Of a stretch of 64,000 bases of DNA, positions 19,600 to 28,775 are shown in pieces. Every line of letters starts with the position of its first letter. Positions within the stretch are counted from its first letter, which is position 1. This DNA is from an uncultured Bacilli bacterium (GTDB lineage Bacteria > Bacillota_I > Bacilli_A > RF39 > UBA660). The notes under the pieces are model-generated. The model was not told the origin of the DNA. It made no database searches and was given only the letters and a program-made list of their open reading frames with translations. Both the position numbers and the translations under genes were made by a program. The DNA lies in NCBI GenBank assembly GCA_934096705.1, contig CAKOMR010000002.1, positions 68,383-132,382 of the forward strand. The letters run 5' to 3'.

Positions 19600-19955
19600 A
19601 AAATTGGCAATTATATGCATCTTTAATAATAATTTGTGTTTTTTCAATTTTCTATTTTGCTACCATGAATAAATACAGTTATGCATTTGCTTATGATAAA
19701 GAGAAAGAACAAAAGGCAAATCAATTGATGCTAATTAATAAATGTGCGGAAGTTTATGCAGAAAATAATTCAAAATTATTTTCAGATAAAGATACTATAT
19801 ATATTACGGTCAATGATTTAGTAACTAATAATATTTTGCCTGCAGAAGATGGAAAAGTCTATGAAGCTGGTAGCAATGTGAAGTTATTAAACGATAATAA
19901 GATAAGAATTACCTTAGTTGATGGTAAATATACAATAAAACTACTAAATGAATAA
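19587..19955 (+). CDS. hypothetical membrane-anchored protein
   Basis: 122 aa with N-terminal TM LYASLIIICVFSIFYF. Overlaps the upstream stop. Confidence 0.5.
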   Translation: MRKIKNWQLYASLIIICVFSIFYFATMNKYSYAFAYDKEKEQKANQLMLINKCAEVYAENNSKLFSDKDTIYITVNDLVTNNILPAEDGKVYEAGSNVKLLNDNKIRITLVDGKYTIKLLNE

Positions 19956-20043
19956 AATGTAAAGTAATTGTAAAAAACAACTAAAAATATTGCAACCATT
20001 TGGTAAAATTGGGTAAGATAGTATTGTAAGGAGCTGGTACAAT

Positions 20044-20256
20044 ATGATTTATCCATCTATAGATAAATTATTAAATATAGTTGATTCAAAATACATGCTT
20101 GTTCATGTTGCTGCTAAAAGAGCTAAACAAATGCTTGAATATGGTCATTACCAAATGGACAAAAAAGAGTATGTTAATAAGAAACCTTTAGGTAGAAGTT
20201 TAGAAGAAGTTGAAAAAGGTTTAATTACTGTAATAAGAAAAGAAAAAAAATCTTGA
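20044..20256 (+). CDS. rpoZ: DNA-directed RNA polymerase subunit omega
   Basis: MIYPSIDKLLNIVDSKYMLVHVAAKRAKQM is the typical RpoZ N-terminus. 70 aa, ends in TGA. Confidence 0.88.
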   Translation: MIYPSIDKLLNIVDSKYMLVHVAAKRAKQMLEYGHYQMDKKEYVNKKPLGRSLEEVEKGLITVIRKEKKS

Positions 20257-20294
20257 TTATCTTAAAAAAGTATGATAAGATAATCTAGTCTTAT

Positions 20295-20371
20295 GGGGAA
20301 TTAGCTCAGCTGGCTAGAGCACCTGCCCTGCACGCAGGGGGTCGCGGGTTCGAATCCCACATTCTCCACCA
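20295..20371 (+). tRNA. tRNA-Ala (anticodon UGC), CCA encoded, with unusual C33
   Basis: Acceptor GGGGAAT/ATTCTCC with the G3:U70 Ala identity pair. Anticodon stem CCTGC/GCAGG, loop CCTGCAC. T-arm GCGGG-TTCGAAT-CCCAC has one C-A mismatch. Confidence 0.85.
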
Positions 20372-20481
20372 AATAAGATTTAATAGTCACAATGGTGGCT
20401 TTTTTTATTTGTAAAATTATATCTTAATCATTGTAAAAAATATTTTTTTTTGCTATTCTTATATTAGAATAGGTGATAGAA

Positions 20482-20958
20482 ATGAGAAATTCATTAGTTA
20501 TTAAATTAGTTATAATATTTGTTTCATGTATTGCAGCAATAATACTTGCATCTTATGTTGTTAAACTTGCTAGAAATAGTAATTCTTTAACATATGATTT
20601 AGGTAAAAGTGTAACTGGGTATGAAGATACCTACATTAAAAGTTATGAAGAATATTTAGCTTTAGTAAAAAAATATAATATAAAAAAAGATTTAACTACA
20701 ACAAATTTTTCATCACATTATTTTATTGCTTCTTTTCAAGATTATGATTCTTGTTCTGAAAAAAAATATAAATTAGTAAAGTCTGTAAAAAAACAAAATG
20801 GAGAATACAACATTGATTTTGAAGTTTATAATAAATGTGGTTGGTGCAAAAAAAACATAATTTTATATTTGATAGAAATTGATAGATTTAGTGGTGATGA
20901 TCCTAAAATAAATTATAATTATACATTTGTAAATGATTTGAATTGTGGTAATGTATAA
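20482..20958 (+). CDS. hypothetical membrane-anchored protein
   Basis: N-terminal TM LVIKLVIIFVSCIAAIILASYVV and several Cys (CGWC). ATG at 20482 (track GTG 20473). Confidence 0.5.
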   Translation: MRNSLVIKLVIIFVSCIAAIILASYVVKLARNSNSLTYDLGKSVTGYEDTYIKSYEEYLALVKKYNIKKDLTTTNFSSHYFIASFQDYDSCSEKKYKLVKSVKKQNGEYNIDFEVYNKCGWCKKNIILYLIEIDRFSGDDPKINYNYTFVNDLNCGNV

Positions 20959-21042
20959 CACTTTTCTTGTGTAAATTTACAAAGAGTGATAAGATATACT
21001 CATAAATATTGTGTTTTATAAGTGCAAAAGAAAGGAATATTA

Positions 21043-21363
21043 ATGAATTCACAAATAGCAAATGAATTAATAAAGGGAATTAGTGTTTTAACTGATTTGA
21101 AGAATGACAATGATAGCCAAGCCTTAGACTATGTAATTGCAGTAATAAGAAATGAACTTAAAAATATGGCACCAAGTACAGATTATGTAAATAATAGTTA
21201 CTTTTATAATTTAAATAGAACAAGAGTTATGGTAATGCTTTTACTTGATGTATATAGACAAAAAAATGATCCTGAGTTTAATAAAAATTTTAATGAAGTT
21301 TTAGAAATTTTAAATATGGAAATTGAAAAAGAAAAGAAAAAACAAGATACAATTGGAAGATAA
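21043..21363 (+). CDS. hypothetical protein
   Basis: About 106 aa; ATG behind AAAGGAA. No family recognised. Confidence 0.45.
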   Translation: MNSQIANELIKGISVLTDLKNDNDSQALDYVIAVIRNELKNMAPSTDYVNNSYFYNLNRTRVMVMLLLDVYRQKNDPEFNKNFNEVLEILNMEIEKEKKKQDTIGR

Positions 21364-21372
21364 GAGGAATAA

Positions 21373-22140
21373 ATGAAAAATATTGCTATTGTAACTGGTG
21401 CTTCATCTGGCATTGGAAAAAAATTTGCTTTAACTTTACCAAATAATGTTGAAGTTGATGAAATTTGGGTTATTGCTCGTAATCTTGAAAATCTTGAAAA
21501 ATTATCAAGCGAAATAAAGGTTCCACTTAAACCAATTCCCCTTGATTTGAGTGATGAAGAAAATTATGAAAATTTCAAAAAACTTTTGGAAGATGAAAAA
21601 CCTAATGTCAAATTACTTATAAATGCATCTGGGTATGGAAAATTTGAAAAAAGTACTAAAATTAGTTTAGAAGATTCTTTAGGGATGATAAAATTAAATG
21701 ATATGGGTCTTACTGCTGTGTGTTTAATTGTGATACCTTACATGAAAAAAGATTCAAGTATTATTAATATTGCTTCGGTAGCAGCATTTCAACCTGTTCC
21801 ATATATAAACATTTATTCTGCAACGAAAGCATATGTTTTATCTTTTTCTCGCAGTTTAAATGCGGAATTAAAAAAAGATGGAATTCATGTTATGGCTGTG
21901 TGTCCGTTTTGGACAAAAACAAAATTTTTTGATAGAGCAGTGTCAAAAAATGAAGTTATTAAAAAGTATGTTGTGATGTATGAGCCTGATGATATTGTTA
22001 GAACTGCATGGTTAGATTTAAAAAAGAAAAAAGATATAAGTATATATGGGTTTGTAGCTAAATCTCAAAGAGTACTTAGCAAAATATTACCGAATAAATT
22101 AATTACGAGTATTTGGTTAAATCAACAAAAGTTAAAATAA
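21373..22140 (+). CDS. SDR-family short-chain dehydrogenase/reductase
   Basis: TGASSGIGKKFA cofactor motif; catalytic YSATKAYV. Confidence 0.85.
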   Translation: MKNIAIVTGASSGIGKKFALTLPNNVEVDEIWVIARNLENLEKLSSEIKVPLKPIPLDLSDEENYENFKKLLEDEKPNVKLLINASGYGKFEKSTKISLEDSLGMIKLNDMGLTAVCLIVIPYMKKDSSIINIASVAAFQPVPYINIYSATKAYVLSFSRSLNAELKKDGIHVMAVCPFWTKTKFFDRAVSKNEVIKKYVVMYEPDDIVRTAWLDLKKKKDISIYGFVAKSQRVLSKILPNKLITSIWLNQQKLK

Positions 22141-22152
22141 TATGGAGGTATT

Positions 22153-22920
22153 ATGGAATTTTTATTAGTTATTTTAGGAATAATTGTTGTTATTAATTTA
22201 GCTTCTTTAAAGCAGATTAATGAGTATGAAAGAGGAGTAAAATTTACTGCTGGAAGGTTCTCAAAAATTATGCAACCAGGATGGAGAGTAGTATTGCCAA
22301 TTTTTCAAAGTTATAAAAAGGTAGATATTAGAACAAAAGTTGATGATGTTCCAGAACAAGAAGCAATAACTAAAGATAATGTATCTGTTAAAATAAATGC
22401 AGTTATATACTATAAAGTGTTTGATGCTTCTTTAGCCGTTTTAGAAGTCGAAGATTTTTATTATGCAACTGCACAACTTGCACAAACAACTATGAGAAAT
22501 ATTGTTGGTAGTGTAACTCTTGATGAACTTTTATGTGAAAGGGAGAAAGTTAGCGAAAAAATAAAAGAAATAATTGATAAAGAAACTGATCCATGGGGAA
22601 TTAAAGTTGAAAATGTTGAACTTAAGGACATATCATTGACAGATGAAATGAAAAGAGTTATTGCTAGAGCAGCAGAAGCAGAAAGAGAAAAACAAGCAGT
22701 TATAACAAAATCTATAGGAGAAGCCCAAGCTGCAGAAAACTTAGCTAAAGCTGCTAAAATGTTAGCCGATAGTCCTGGAGCACTTCATTTAAGAACACTT
22801 GAGACGATTAATGATGTTTCTTCAGATCAATCAAATACGATTTTTTTTCCTATACCAATGGAATTACTTGAAGCCGTAAAAGGTTATGCTGATAAAACTA
22901 AAAATGAAAATAAAAAATAG
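22153..22920 (+). CDS. SPFH/band-7 (stomatin/prohibitin-like) membrane protein
   Basis: N-terminal TM, INEYERGVKFTAGRF..., and the Ala/Glu-rich coiled segment ARAAEAEREKQA. Confidence 0.85.
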   Translation: MEFLLVILGIIVVINLASLKQINEYERGVKFTAGRFSKIMQPGWRVVLPIFQSYKKVDIRTKVDDVPEQEAITKDNVSVKINAVIYYKVFDASLAVLEVEDFYYATAQLAQTTMRNIVGSVTLDELLCEREKVSEKIKEIIDKETDPWGIKVENVELKDISLTDEMKRVIARAAEAEREKQAVITKSIGEAQAAENLAKAAKMLADSPGALHLRTLETINDVSSDQSNTIFFPIPMELLEAVKGYADKTKNENKK

Positions 22921-22934
22921 TTAATTTATAAATT

Positions 22935-23849
22935 TTAACTATTTTTTTTGCCTTGATAAGTGTTTCTTTTAACCATTTCTTTATCAATGTCATTAAGTAA
23001 ACAAAATTTTTTAATTAACCATTTAGGTTCTACCAAATCTTCTTTAATAGGGTCGCCGGTTATTCTTTCAATCACAACAGTATCTTTTAATAATTCAAGC
23101 TGTGATATAACAATATCTATATATTCTTCTTTTGTTAATATATGAAACTTCTTTGCTTCGAACATTTTTGCAAGTTCAGTATCATTTAAAATATGTAACA
23201 TATGAATTTTTACCGCATCTATATTTAAATCATTTAAAAAATTTATAGTGTTTATCATATCTTCTTTAGTTTCATATGGAAGACCATTTATTATATGTGC
23301 TACAACAAAAATACCTAGTTTATGAAGTTTTTTAACCATTACTTCAAAATTTTTACTATCATGACCTCTGTTAATTAATTTTAATGTATTATTATTACTA
23401 CTTTGAAGCCCAAGTTCAATTGTTAAAAAAGTTCTTTTATTAAGCTCTTCAAAATACTTTAAGTAATCATCGGAAATAACATCGCTTCTTGTAGCGATAG
23501 ATAGACCTACAACATTTTCTTTTCCTAAAAGTGATTCAACATTATTTTTAAATTCATTTATATCCATAAAAGTATTACTTCCAGTCTGAAAATAAATAAT
23601 ATGTTTAGCATTTGGCCATTTTTTGTTTAATAATAAAACTTCTTGTTCATATTGTTTTTCAAGTGAAAGTGAACTATCCGTTATATTTGATTTGCTACTA
23701 TTTTTACAAAAAATACATCCACCATTTTTTATATTTGGACAACTTGCATGAGCATCAAGAGGCACTTTAAAAACTTTACATCCATATTTTTTCTTTAAAA
23801 AATAATTAAATGTATGATATCTTTTATTATCTAATGTGTATTTAAACAT
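22935..23849 (-). CDS. TIGR01212-family radical SAM protein (YtqA-like)
   Basis: KVPLDAHASCPN...GGCIFC cluster motif near the N-terminus; about 300 aa. Confidence 0.8.
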   Translation of the reverse strand: MFKYTLDNKRYHTFNYFLKKKYGCKVFKVPLDAHASCPNIKNGGCIFCKNSSKSNITDSSLSLEKQYEQEVLLLNKKWPNAKHIIYFQTGSNTFMDINEFKNNVESLLGKENVVGLSIATRSDVISDDYLKYFEELNKRTFLTIELGLQSSNNNTLKLINRGHDSKNFEVMVKKLHKLGIFVVAHIINGLPYETKEDMINTINFLNDLNIDAVKIHMLHILNDTELAKMFEAKKFHILTKEEYIDIVISQLELLKDTVVIERITGDPIKEDLVEPKWLIKKFCLLNDIDKEMVKRNTYQGKKNS

Positions 23850-23924
23850 ATTTTCTCACCTACAAATATTTTATCAAAAAAACTTGTATAAAAAAATAAA
23901 ATAGTGTATACTATTAATAGATTT

Positions 23925-24000
23925 GCTGGAGTAGCTCAGTTGGTAGAGCAATGCACTCGTAACGCATAGGTCATAAGTTCGATCCTTGTCTCCAGCACCA
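23925..24000 (+). tRNA. tRNA-Thr (anticodon CGU), CCA encoded
   Basis: Acceptor GCTGGAG/CTCCAGC, D-arm GCTC-AGTTGGTA-GAGC, loop CTCGTAA, T-arm ATAAG-TTCGATC-CTTGT. A31-C39 mismatch at the base of the anticodon stem. Confidence 0.88.
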
Positions 24001-24011
24001 TTGAAAAATAG

Positions 24012-24039
24012 ACTTGAAATTAATATTTCAAGTTTTTTA
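24012..24039 (+). terminator. intrinsic terminator after tRNA-Thr
   Basis: ACTTGAAAT-taat-ATTTCAAGT followed by T6. Confidence 0.8.
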
Positions 24040-24057
24040 TTTGTTTAATAATAAATC

Positions 24058-24086
24058 TTCACAATAAAATTGTGTCATGATATAAT
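24058..24086 (+). promoter_or_regulatory. sigma-A-type promoter (TTCACA-N17-TATAAT with TGa extended -10) for rlmB-sigH
   Basis: TTCACA 24058-24063, TGATATAAT ending 24086, about 27 nt before the ATG. Confidence 0.65.
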
Positions 24087-24112
24087 TATCTTGCAAAAAG
24101 GAGACTTTGATT

Positions 24113-24769
24113 ATGTTAGTTTATGGAAAGAATATTTTATATGAAGTAGATAGAAAAAAAATAAAAAAGGCTTTTATTTCAAGAAATGATTATGTTGGTT
24201 ATTTAAAAGAAAATAATATTAAATATGAGATTGTTGATAAATCTCGTCTTGATAAAATGGTTAAAGGGGTTCATCAAGGATTAGTATTAGACATTTTTGA
24301 CTATAATTATTACACAATGGATGATTTGGAGGGAGACTTTATAGTTATTTTAGATCATCTTACAGATCCTCACAATTTCGGTGCTATAATTAGAACATGC
24401 GAAAGTAAAGGAATTAAATCAATAATTATTCCGAAGGACAGAAGTGTTTTAGTAAATGATACAGTTTACAAAACTAGTGAAGGAGCTATAGATAACGTTA
24501 AGATAATTATGGTGACTAATATAATTAATGCAATTAATAAGTTAAAAGAAATGAATTATTTTGTTTATTGTGCTGATATGGATGGACAAGATTATAGAAA
24601 TATAGATTATGCACCAAAGAAAGTTTTGATTATTGGCAATGAAGGTATGGGTATAAGTTCTGCGGTAAAGAAAAATAGTGATGTTGTAGTAGCAATTCCA
24701 ATGAAAGGAAAAATAAATAGTTTAAATGCATCAGTAAGTGCCGGCATTATTATTTATAGAATGGACTAA
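24113..24769 (+). CDS. rlmB: 23S rRNA (guanosine-2'-O)-methyltransferase RlmB (SpoU/TrmH family, YacO-like)
   Basis: SpoU motifs LDHLTDPHNFGAIIRT, LIIGNEGMGIS and SLNASVSAGIIIY. Precedes sigH as in Bacillus. Confidence 0.85.
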   Translation: MLVYGKNILYEVDRKKIKKAFISRNDYVGYLKENNIKYEIVDKSRLDKMVKGVHQGLVLDIFDYNYYTMDDLEGDFIVILDHLTDPHNFGAIIRTCESKGIKSIIIPKDRSVLVNDTVYKTSEGAIDNVKIIMVTNIINAINKLKEMNYFVYCADMDGQDYRNIDYAPKKVLIIGNEGMGISSAVKKNSDVVVAIPMKGKINSLNASVSAGIIIYRMD

Positions 24770-24770
24770 T

Positions 24771-25397
24771 ATGAACTATAGTGAAATTGATGAGCAAGAA
24801 TTAATTTCTTTATTATCAGAAAATGATGAACATGTTCGTAATATTGTTTATGAAAAATACTCTTATTTAGTAGATATATTAATCAGAAAATATCAACCGG
24901 CCATAAGATATTTCAAAATAAGTAATGAAGATATTCGCTGTGAAGCACTTTACGGATTTAGTGATGGTATAAATTCTTTTTCAAATGAAAAATCAACGTC
25001 ATTGAAAACATTTTTATATATTTGCATAGAAAGACGATTATTAAAATATATTAGAAAATTTATGTCCGAAAAAATTCAATTATTAAATGAATCTTTATCT
25101 TTGGAATATTCATCTGATTCTGACAAAGCTACTTTAGCAGAACTTCTTGGCGATGATAATAGGTTTAATCCGTTAAATAATATAGTTGATGAAGAAACGT
25201 ATAGGGAAGTATATGCTTTAGCAAAGAATAATTTATCAAATTTTGAATATACAGTATTTAATTATATGGTTAATAGTTTTTCATATAATGAAATTGCTAC
25301 CATACTTGGAAAAACTCCAAAACAAATAGATAATGCAATTCAAAGAATAAAAACAAAAATGAAAGATTTAATGCAAAAAGAGGGAATAATAAAATAA
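24771..25397 (+). CDS. sigH: RNA polymerase sigma factor, SigH-like (sigma-70 family group 3/ECF-like)
   Basis: Region 2 (CEALYGFSDGINSF) and region 4 HTH (SYNEIATILGKTPKQIDNAIQRIKTK). Position after rlmB. ATG at 24771 just after the rlmB stop. Confidence 0.75.
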   Translation: MNYSEIDEQELISLLSENDEHVRNIVYEKYSYLVDILIRKYQPAIRYFKISNEDIRCEALYGFSDGINSFSNEKSTSLKTFLYICIERRLLKYIRKFMSEKIQLLNESLSLEYSSDSDKATLAELLGDDNRFNPLNNIVDEETYREVYALAKNNLSNFEYTVFNYMVNSFSYNEIATILGKTPKQIDNAIQRIKTKMKDLMQKEGIIK

Positions 25398-25422
25398 CCA
25401 CTTGCAAAGTGGTTATTTTTTT
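25394..25422 (+). terminator. intrinsic terminator after sigH
   Basis: ATAACCACT-tgcaa-AGTGGTTAT followed by T6; overlaps the stop codon. Confidence 0.8.
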
Positions 25423-25443
25423 GATATTCTATTTATGTCTTAT

Positions 25444-25520
25444 GGCGGAATTGGTGAAGTGGTTAACACGGTAGATTGTGGCTCTATTATGCAAGGGTTC
25501 GACTCCCTTATTTCGCCCCA
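25444..25520 (+). tRNA. tRNA-His (anticodon GUG) with encoded G-1, CCA encoded
   Basis: An extra 5' G opposite discriminator C73 (the His hallmark), acceptor GCGGAAT/ATTTCGC, loop TTGTGGC, T-arm AAGGG-TTCGACT-CCCTT. Confidence 0.9.
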
Positions 25521-25530
25521 TAGATAATAC

Positions 25531-25556
25531 AACTCTCTTTTTAGAGAGTTTTTTTC
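25531..25556 (+). terminator. intrinsic terminator after tRNA-His
   Basis: AACTCTCT-tttt-AGAGAGTT followed by a T-run. Confidence 0.8.
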
Positions 25557-25638
25557 AACTAAAAATTTAGATAACTCAACTATTAGTTTATTGTCAAAAA
25601 ATAGATCTAAAAGTATAATTTCTTTGAAGAGGTGAATT

Positions 25639-26757
25639 ATGATTTATTTAGATTATGCAGCTAATACTCCTGTTGATAAAAGAGTTTTAGATAAATATAA
25701 TGAAGTTACATTAAAATATTTTGGTAATCCAAATAGTTTACATGAATGTGGAATTGCCGCTAAAGATGAAATAGAAAAATCTAGTAATATTATTGCAAAG
25801 TATTTTAATACAAAAGGTAAGAATGTAATATATACAAGTGGTTCTAGTGAATCAAATAATTTAGTTATAAAAGGAATTGCAGATAGATATCAAACAAAAG
25901 GCAAACACATAATTATATCTGAAATCGAACATTCATCAGTTATAGCTCCATGTAATTATCTATCTTCAAAGGGATTTGATATTACTGTCATTTCATTGGA
26001 TAAAAATGGAAAACTTAATTTAGAACAATTAAAAAAATCTTTAAGAGATGATACTATTTTAGTTAGTGTTTGTACTGTTGATTCAGAACTTGGAACAATT
26101 CAACCAATAGGCGAAATAGCAAAAATTGTTAAAGAGAATTCTAATGCATATTTTCATACTGATGCAACACAAGCTATAGGAAAAATAAGCGTAGATTACA
26201 CCGACGTAGATTTTTTAACATTTGCTCCACATAAATTTTCTGGCATTAATGGTGTTGGTGTACTAATTAACTTTAACGATGTAAAAATTACTCCGTTAAT
26301 TCATGGTGGAAAGTCAACCACAATTTATAGAAGTGGAACGCCAGTTACCGCTAATGCAGTTTCTACCGCTATGGCATTAGAACTTGCAACAAAAGACTTA
26401 AATAAAAAAATAAAATATTTAACAAGTTTGAAAAACTATTTAATAGAAAATTTAGTTTATATTGATGGAATAAGTATTAATAGTCCAGAAGATTCTATTC
26501 CAAGTACAATCAACTTTAGTATAAAAGATGCAAGAAATATAGTTAATAAACTTTATGAAAAAGGTATTTATGTTTCAATGCAATCTGCATGTTCTCTAGG
26601 AACAAGCCCTTCAAAATCTGTATATGCAATTACTCACAGTGAGGATAAAGCAAATAATTCTATAAGAGTTAGTATAATGGATAAAACTACTAAAGAAGAA
26701 ATAACTGAATTTATTAAAATATTTAGGGAGATAGTTAATGAAAATAATAATAATTAA
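25639..26757 (+). CDS. cysteine desulfurase (class V aminotransferase, NifS/IscS-like)
   Basis: YLDYAANTP, HTDATQAIGK, FAPHKFSGINGVG (PLP Lys) and the active-site loop SACS. Confidence 0.82.
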   Translation: MIYLDYAANTPVDKRVLDKYNEVTLKYFGNPNSLHECGIAAKDEIEKSSNIIAKYFNTKGKNVIYTSGSSESNNLVIKGIADRYQTKGKHIIISEIEHSSVIAPCNYLSSKGFDITVISLDKNGKLNLEQLKKSLRDDTILVSVCTVDSELGTIQPIGEIAKIVKENSNAYFHTDATQAIGKISVDYTDVDFLTFAPHKFSGINGVGVLINFNDVKITPLIHGGKSTTIYRSGTPVTANAVSTAMALELATKDLNKKIKYLTSLKNYLIENLVYIDGISINSPEDSIPSTINFSIKDARNIVNKLYEKGIYVSMQSACSLGTSPSKSVYAITHSEDKANNSIRVSIMDKTTKEEITEFIKIFREIVNENNNN

Positions 26758-26998
26758 TGCAATGTGGTGCCCTGGTTGTTTAATATCTAAAGGTATTTGG
26801 AAAGAGATAAAGGAAATATATCCACATATTGAGTATATAAATTATGACTATGATTTAGATGAAGATAAAATTTTAAAATATAATATTGGTGATATTGTTC
26901 CCGTAGTTATAATTGAAAAAAATGATGTAGAAATAAAAAGAATAATTGGAGAAAAAAGTAAAAAAGAAATTTTAAATGAATTAGGAGAAGTGTTATGA
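26738..26998 (+). CDS. small thioredoxin/glutaredoxin-fold protein (WCPGC active site)
   Basis: 86 aa with the motif MWCPGC. Overlaps the desulfurase stop and the next gene's start. Confidence 0.7.
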   Translation: MKIIIINAMWCPGCLISKGIWKEIKEIYPHIEYINYDYDLDEDKILKYNIGDIVPVVIIEKNDVEIKRIIGEKSKKEILNELGEVL

Positions 26999-28170
26999 AA
27001 AACAAATTAAAACTTTTACTATTATTGCTGGTTTTAATACCATTTAATATTTTTGCTATCAGTAAAGATTATAAAGATGTTGTTTATAATATAACTAAAG
27101 AAAAAGTAGATAAAGACAAAATTAACTTATACTTTTTTAGAATGGATGGTTGTCCTCATTGTGCTGAAGAAGAAAAGTGGCTAGAAAATATAAAAGATAA
27201 ATATGGTAATTATTTAAATATATATGATTATGAGATTAAAAATAGTAATAAAAATAGAGAATATTATTATAACGTTAAGAAAGTATTAAATGATGAAATT
27301 ACAAAAAGCGTTCCATATACAGTTATTGGTGAAACTTATTTTGTAGGCTTTTCTGAAACTGTTGGTGAACAAATCGAAAATAAAATTAAAGAATTAATTG
27401 ATGAAAATACAAAAAGTAGTAATGATGTTAAAATTCCTTTATTAGGAAAAGTTAACATGAAAAAAGTTTCTATCCCATTAGTTGCCACTATTTTAGGAGC
27501 AGTGGATGGTTTTAATCCATGTGCTATGTGGATACTTTTATTACTTATAAATATGTGTATTTCCATTAAAGACAAGAAAAAAATGAAAGTTGTTGGATTT
27601 ACATTTGTATTATCATCCGGATTAGTTTATTTTCTTTCAATGTTAGGGATCGGAGTAATATTGGATTTTACAACCGTTATATACATAAGAAATATTATTG
27701 CTATTTTAGCTATTATTTTAGGAATATATAACTTATATGTTTATATTAAAACACGTAAAGACACTGGTTGTCATGTAATGAAAAAAGAAAAAAGAAAAAC
27801 AGTTATTACTAAAATAAATAAAATTTTATCTAATAAAAGTTTTATATTGATGATACTAGGAACAGTACTTTTATCTGTTTCAGTTAACTTAGTTGAACTT
27901 GCATGTTCACTTGGATTTCCAACAATATTTTTAGAAATTTTATCATTAAATAAGATTCATGGTTTTGGTAAAATTATTTATTTATTAATATATATATTCT
28001 TTTATATAATTGATGATTTAATAATTCTTATTTTGTCACTTAAAGCATTTGAAACTAAAGGAATAAGTACAAAGTATAATAAATATGTTAATTTGATAGG
28101 CGGAATACTACTTTTACTTATGGGAATATTACTTATTTTTAAACCAGATTGGGTAATGCTTAATTTTTAA
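26995..28170 (+). CDS. membrane thiol:disulfide oxidoreductase-like protein (exported thioredoxin-fold CPHC domain + DsbD/CcdA-like polytopic domain)
   Basis: Signal/TM, then MDGCPHCAEEEKWL, then about 6 TMs with membrane-embedded Cys in GFNPCAMW and ELACSLGFP. Confidence 0.6.
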   Translation: MKNKLKLLLLLLVLIPFNIFAISKDYKDVVYNITKEKVDKDKINLYFFRMDGCPHCAEEEKWLENIKDKYGNYLNIYDYEIKNSNKNREYYYNVKKVLNDEITKSVPYTVIGETYFVGFSETVGEQIENKIKELIDENTKSSNDVKIPLLGKVNMKKVSIPLVATILGAVDGFNPCAMWILLLLINMCISIKDKKKMKVVGFTFVLSSGLVYFLSMLGIGVILDFTTVIYIRNIIAILAIILGIYNLYVYIKTRKDTGCHVMKKEKRKTVITKINKILSNKSFILMILGTVLLSVSVNLVELACSLGFPTIFLEILSLNKIHGFGKIIYLLIYIFFYIIDDLIILILSLKAFETKGISTKYNKYVNLIGGILLLLMGILLIFKPDWVMLNF

Positions 28171-28191
28171 AGAAGTTCAACACTTCTTTTT
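28170..28191 (+). terminator. intrinsic terminator
   Basis: AAGAAGT-tcaac-ACTTCTT followed by a T-run. Confidence 0.7.
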
Positions 28192-28284
28192 ATTTGTAAT
28201 TTATTTTATTGTATTTTTATACTATAATATATATAACTGGCACATACATTTTTCATGTGTTGTAAATAATAATAAGGAATCTAT

Positions 28285-28773
28285 ATGAAATATGATCAAG
28301 AGTTTTTAAGTATTATTAATCCAATTATTATAAATGATGAATTTTTAAAAAGAAAAAAGTTTCATCATCATGAAAATGAATCAGTTTATGATCATAGTAT
28401 GGCTGTATCATACTTAGCTTATAAATATGCAAAAAAACACAAACTTGATTATAAAAGTGTTGCAATTGGAGGTTTACTTCATGATTTCTATTATAAAGAT
28501 TGGCAAATAAATAAAGAACATAAAAGTTTTTTCAAAATGCATGGCTTTGTTCATGCACGTGAAGCTTTAGAGAATTCAAAAAAACATTTTCCACAGTTAA
28601 TGAATGCTAAAGTTGAGGATATAATAGTTAAACATATGTTTCCACTTAATATAAGACCTCCTAAATATAAAGAAAGTTGGGTTGTAAGTTTAATGGATAA
28701 AAAATGTTCATTAAAAGTTTTAAAACATCCTAAAGTTTATTTAAAATATTTGGGAATAAGAAAGAAAGGTTAG
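28285..28773 (+). CDS. HD-domain phosphohydrolase
   Basis: HHHENESVYDHSMAVS...GGLLHDFY (H...HD...D pattern); 162 aa. Confidence 0.75.
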   Translation: MKYDQEFLSIINPIIINDEFLKRKKFHHHENESVYDHSMAVSYLAYKYAKKHKLDYKSVAIGGLLHDFYYKDWQINKEHKSFFKMHGFVHAREALENSKKHFPQLMNAKVEDIIVKHMFPLNIRPPKYKESWVVSLMDKKCSLKVLKHPKVYLKYLGIRKKG

Positions 28774-28775
28774 TT

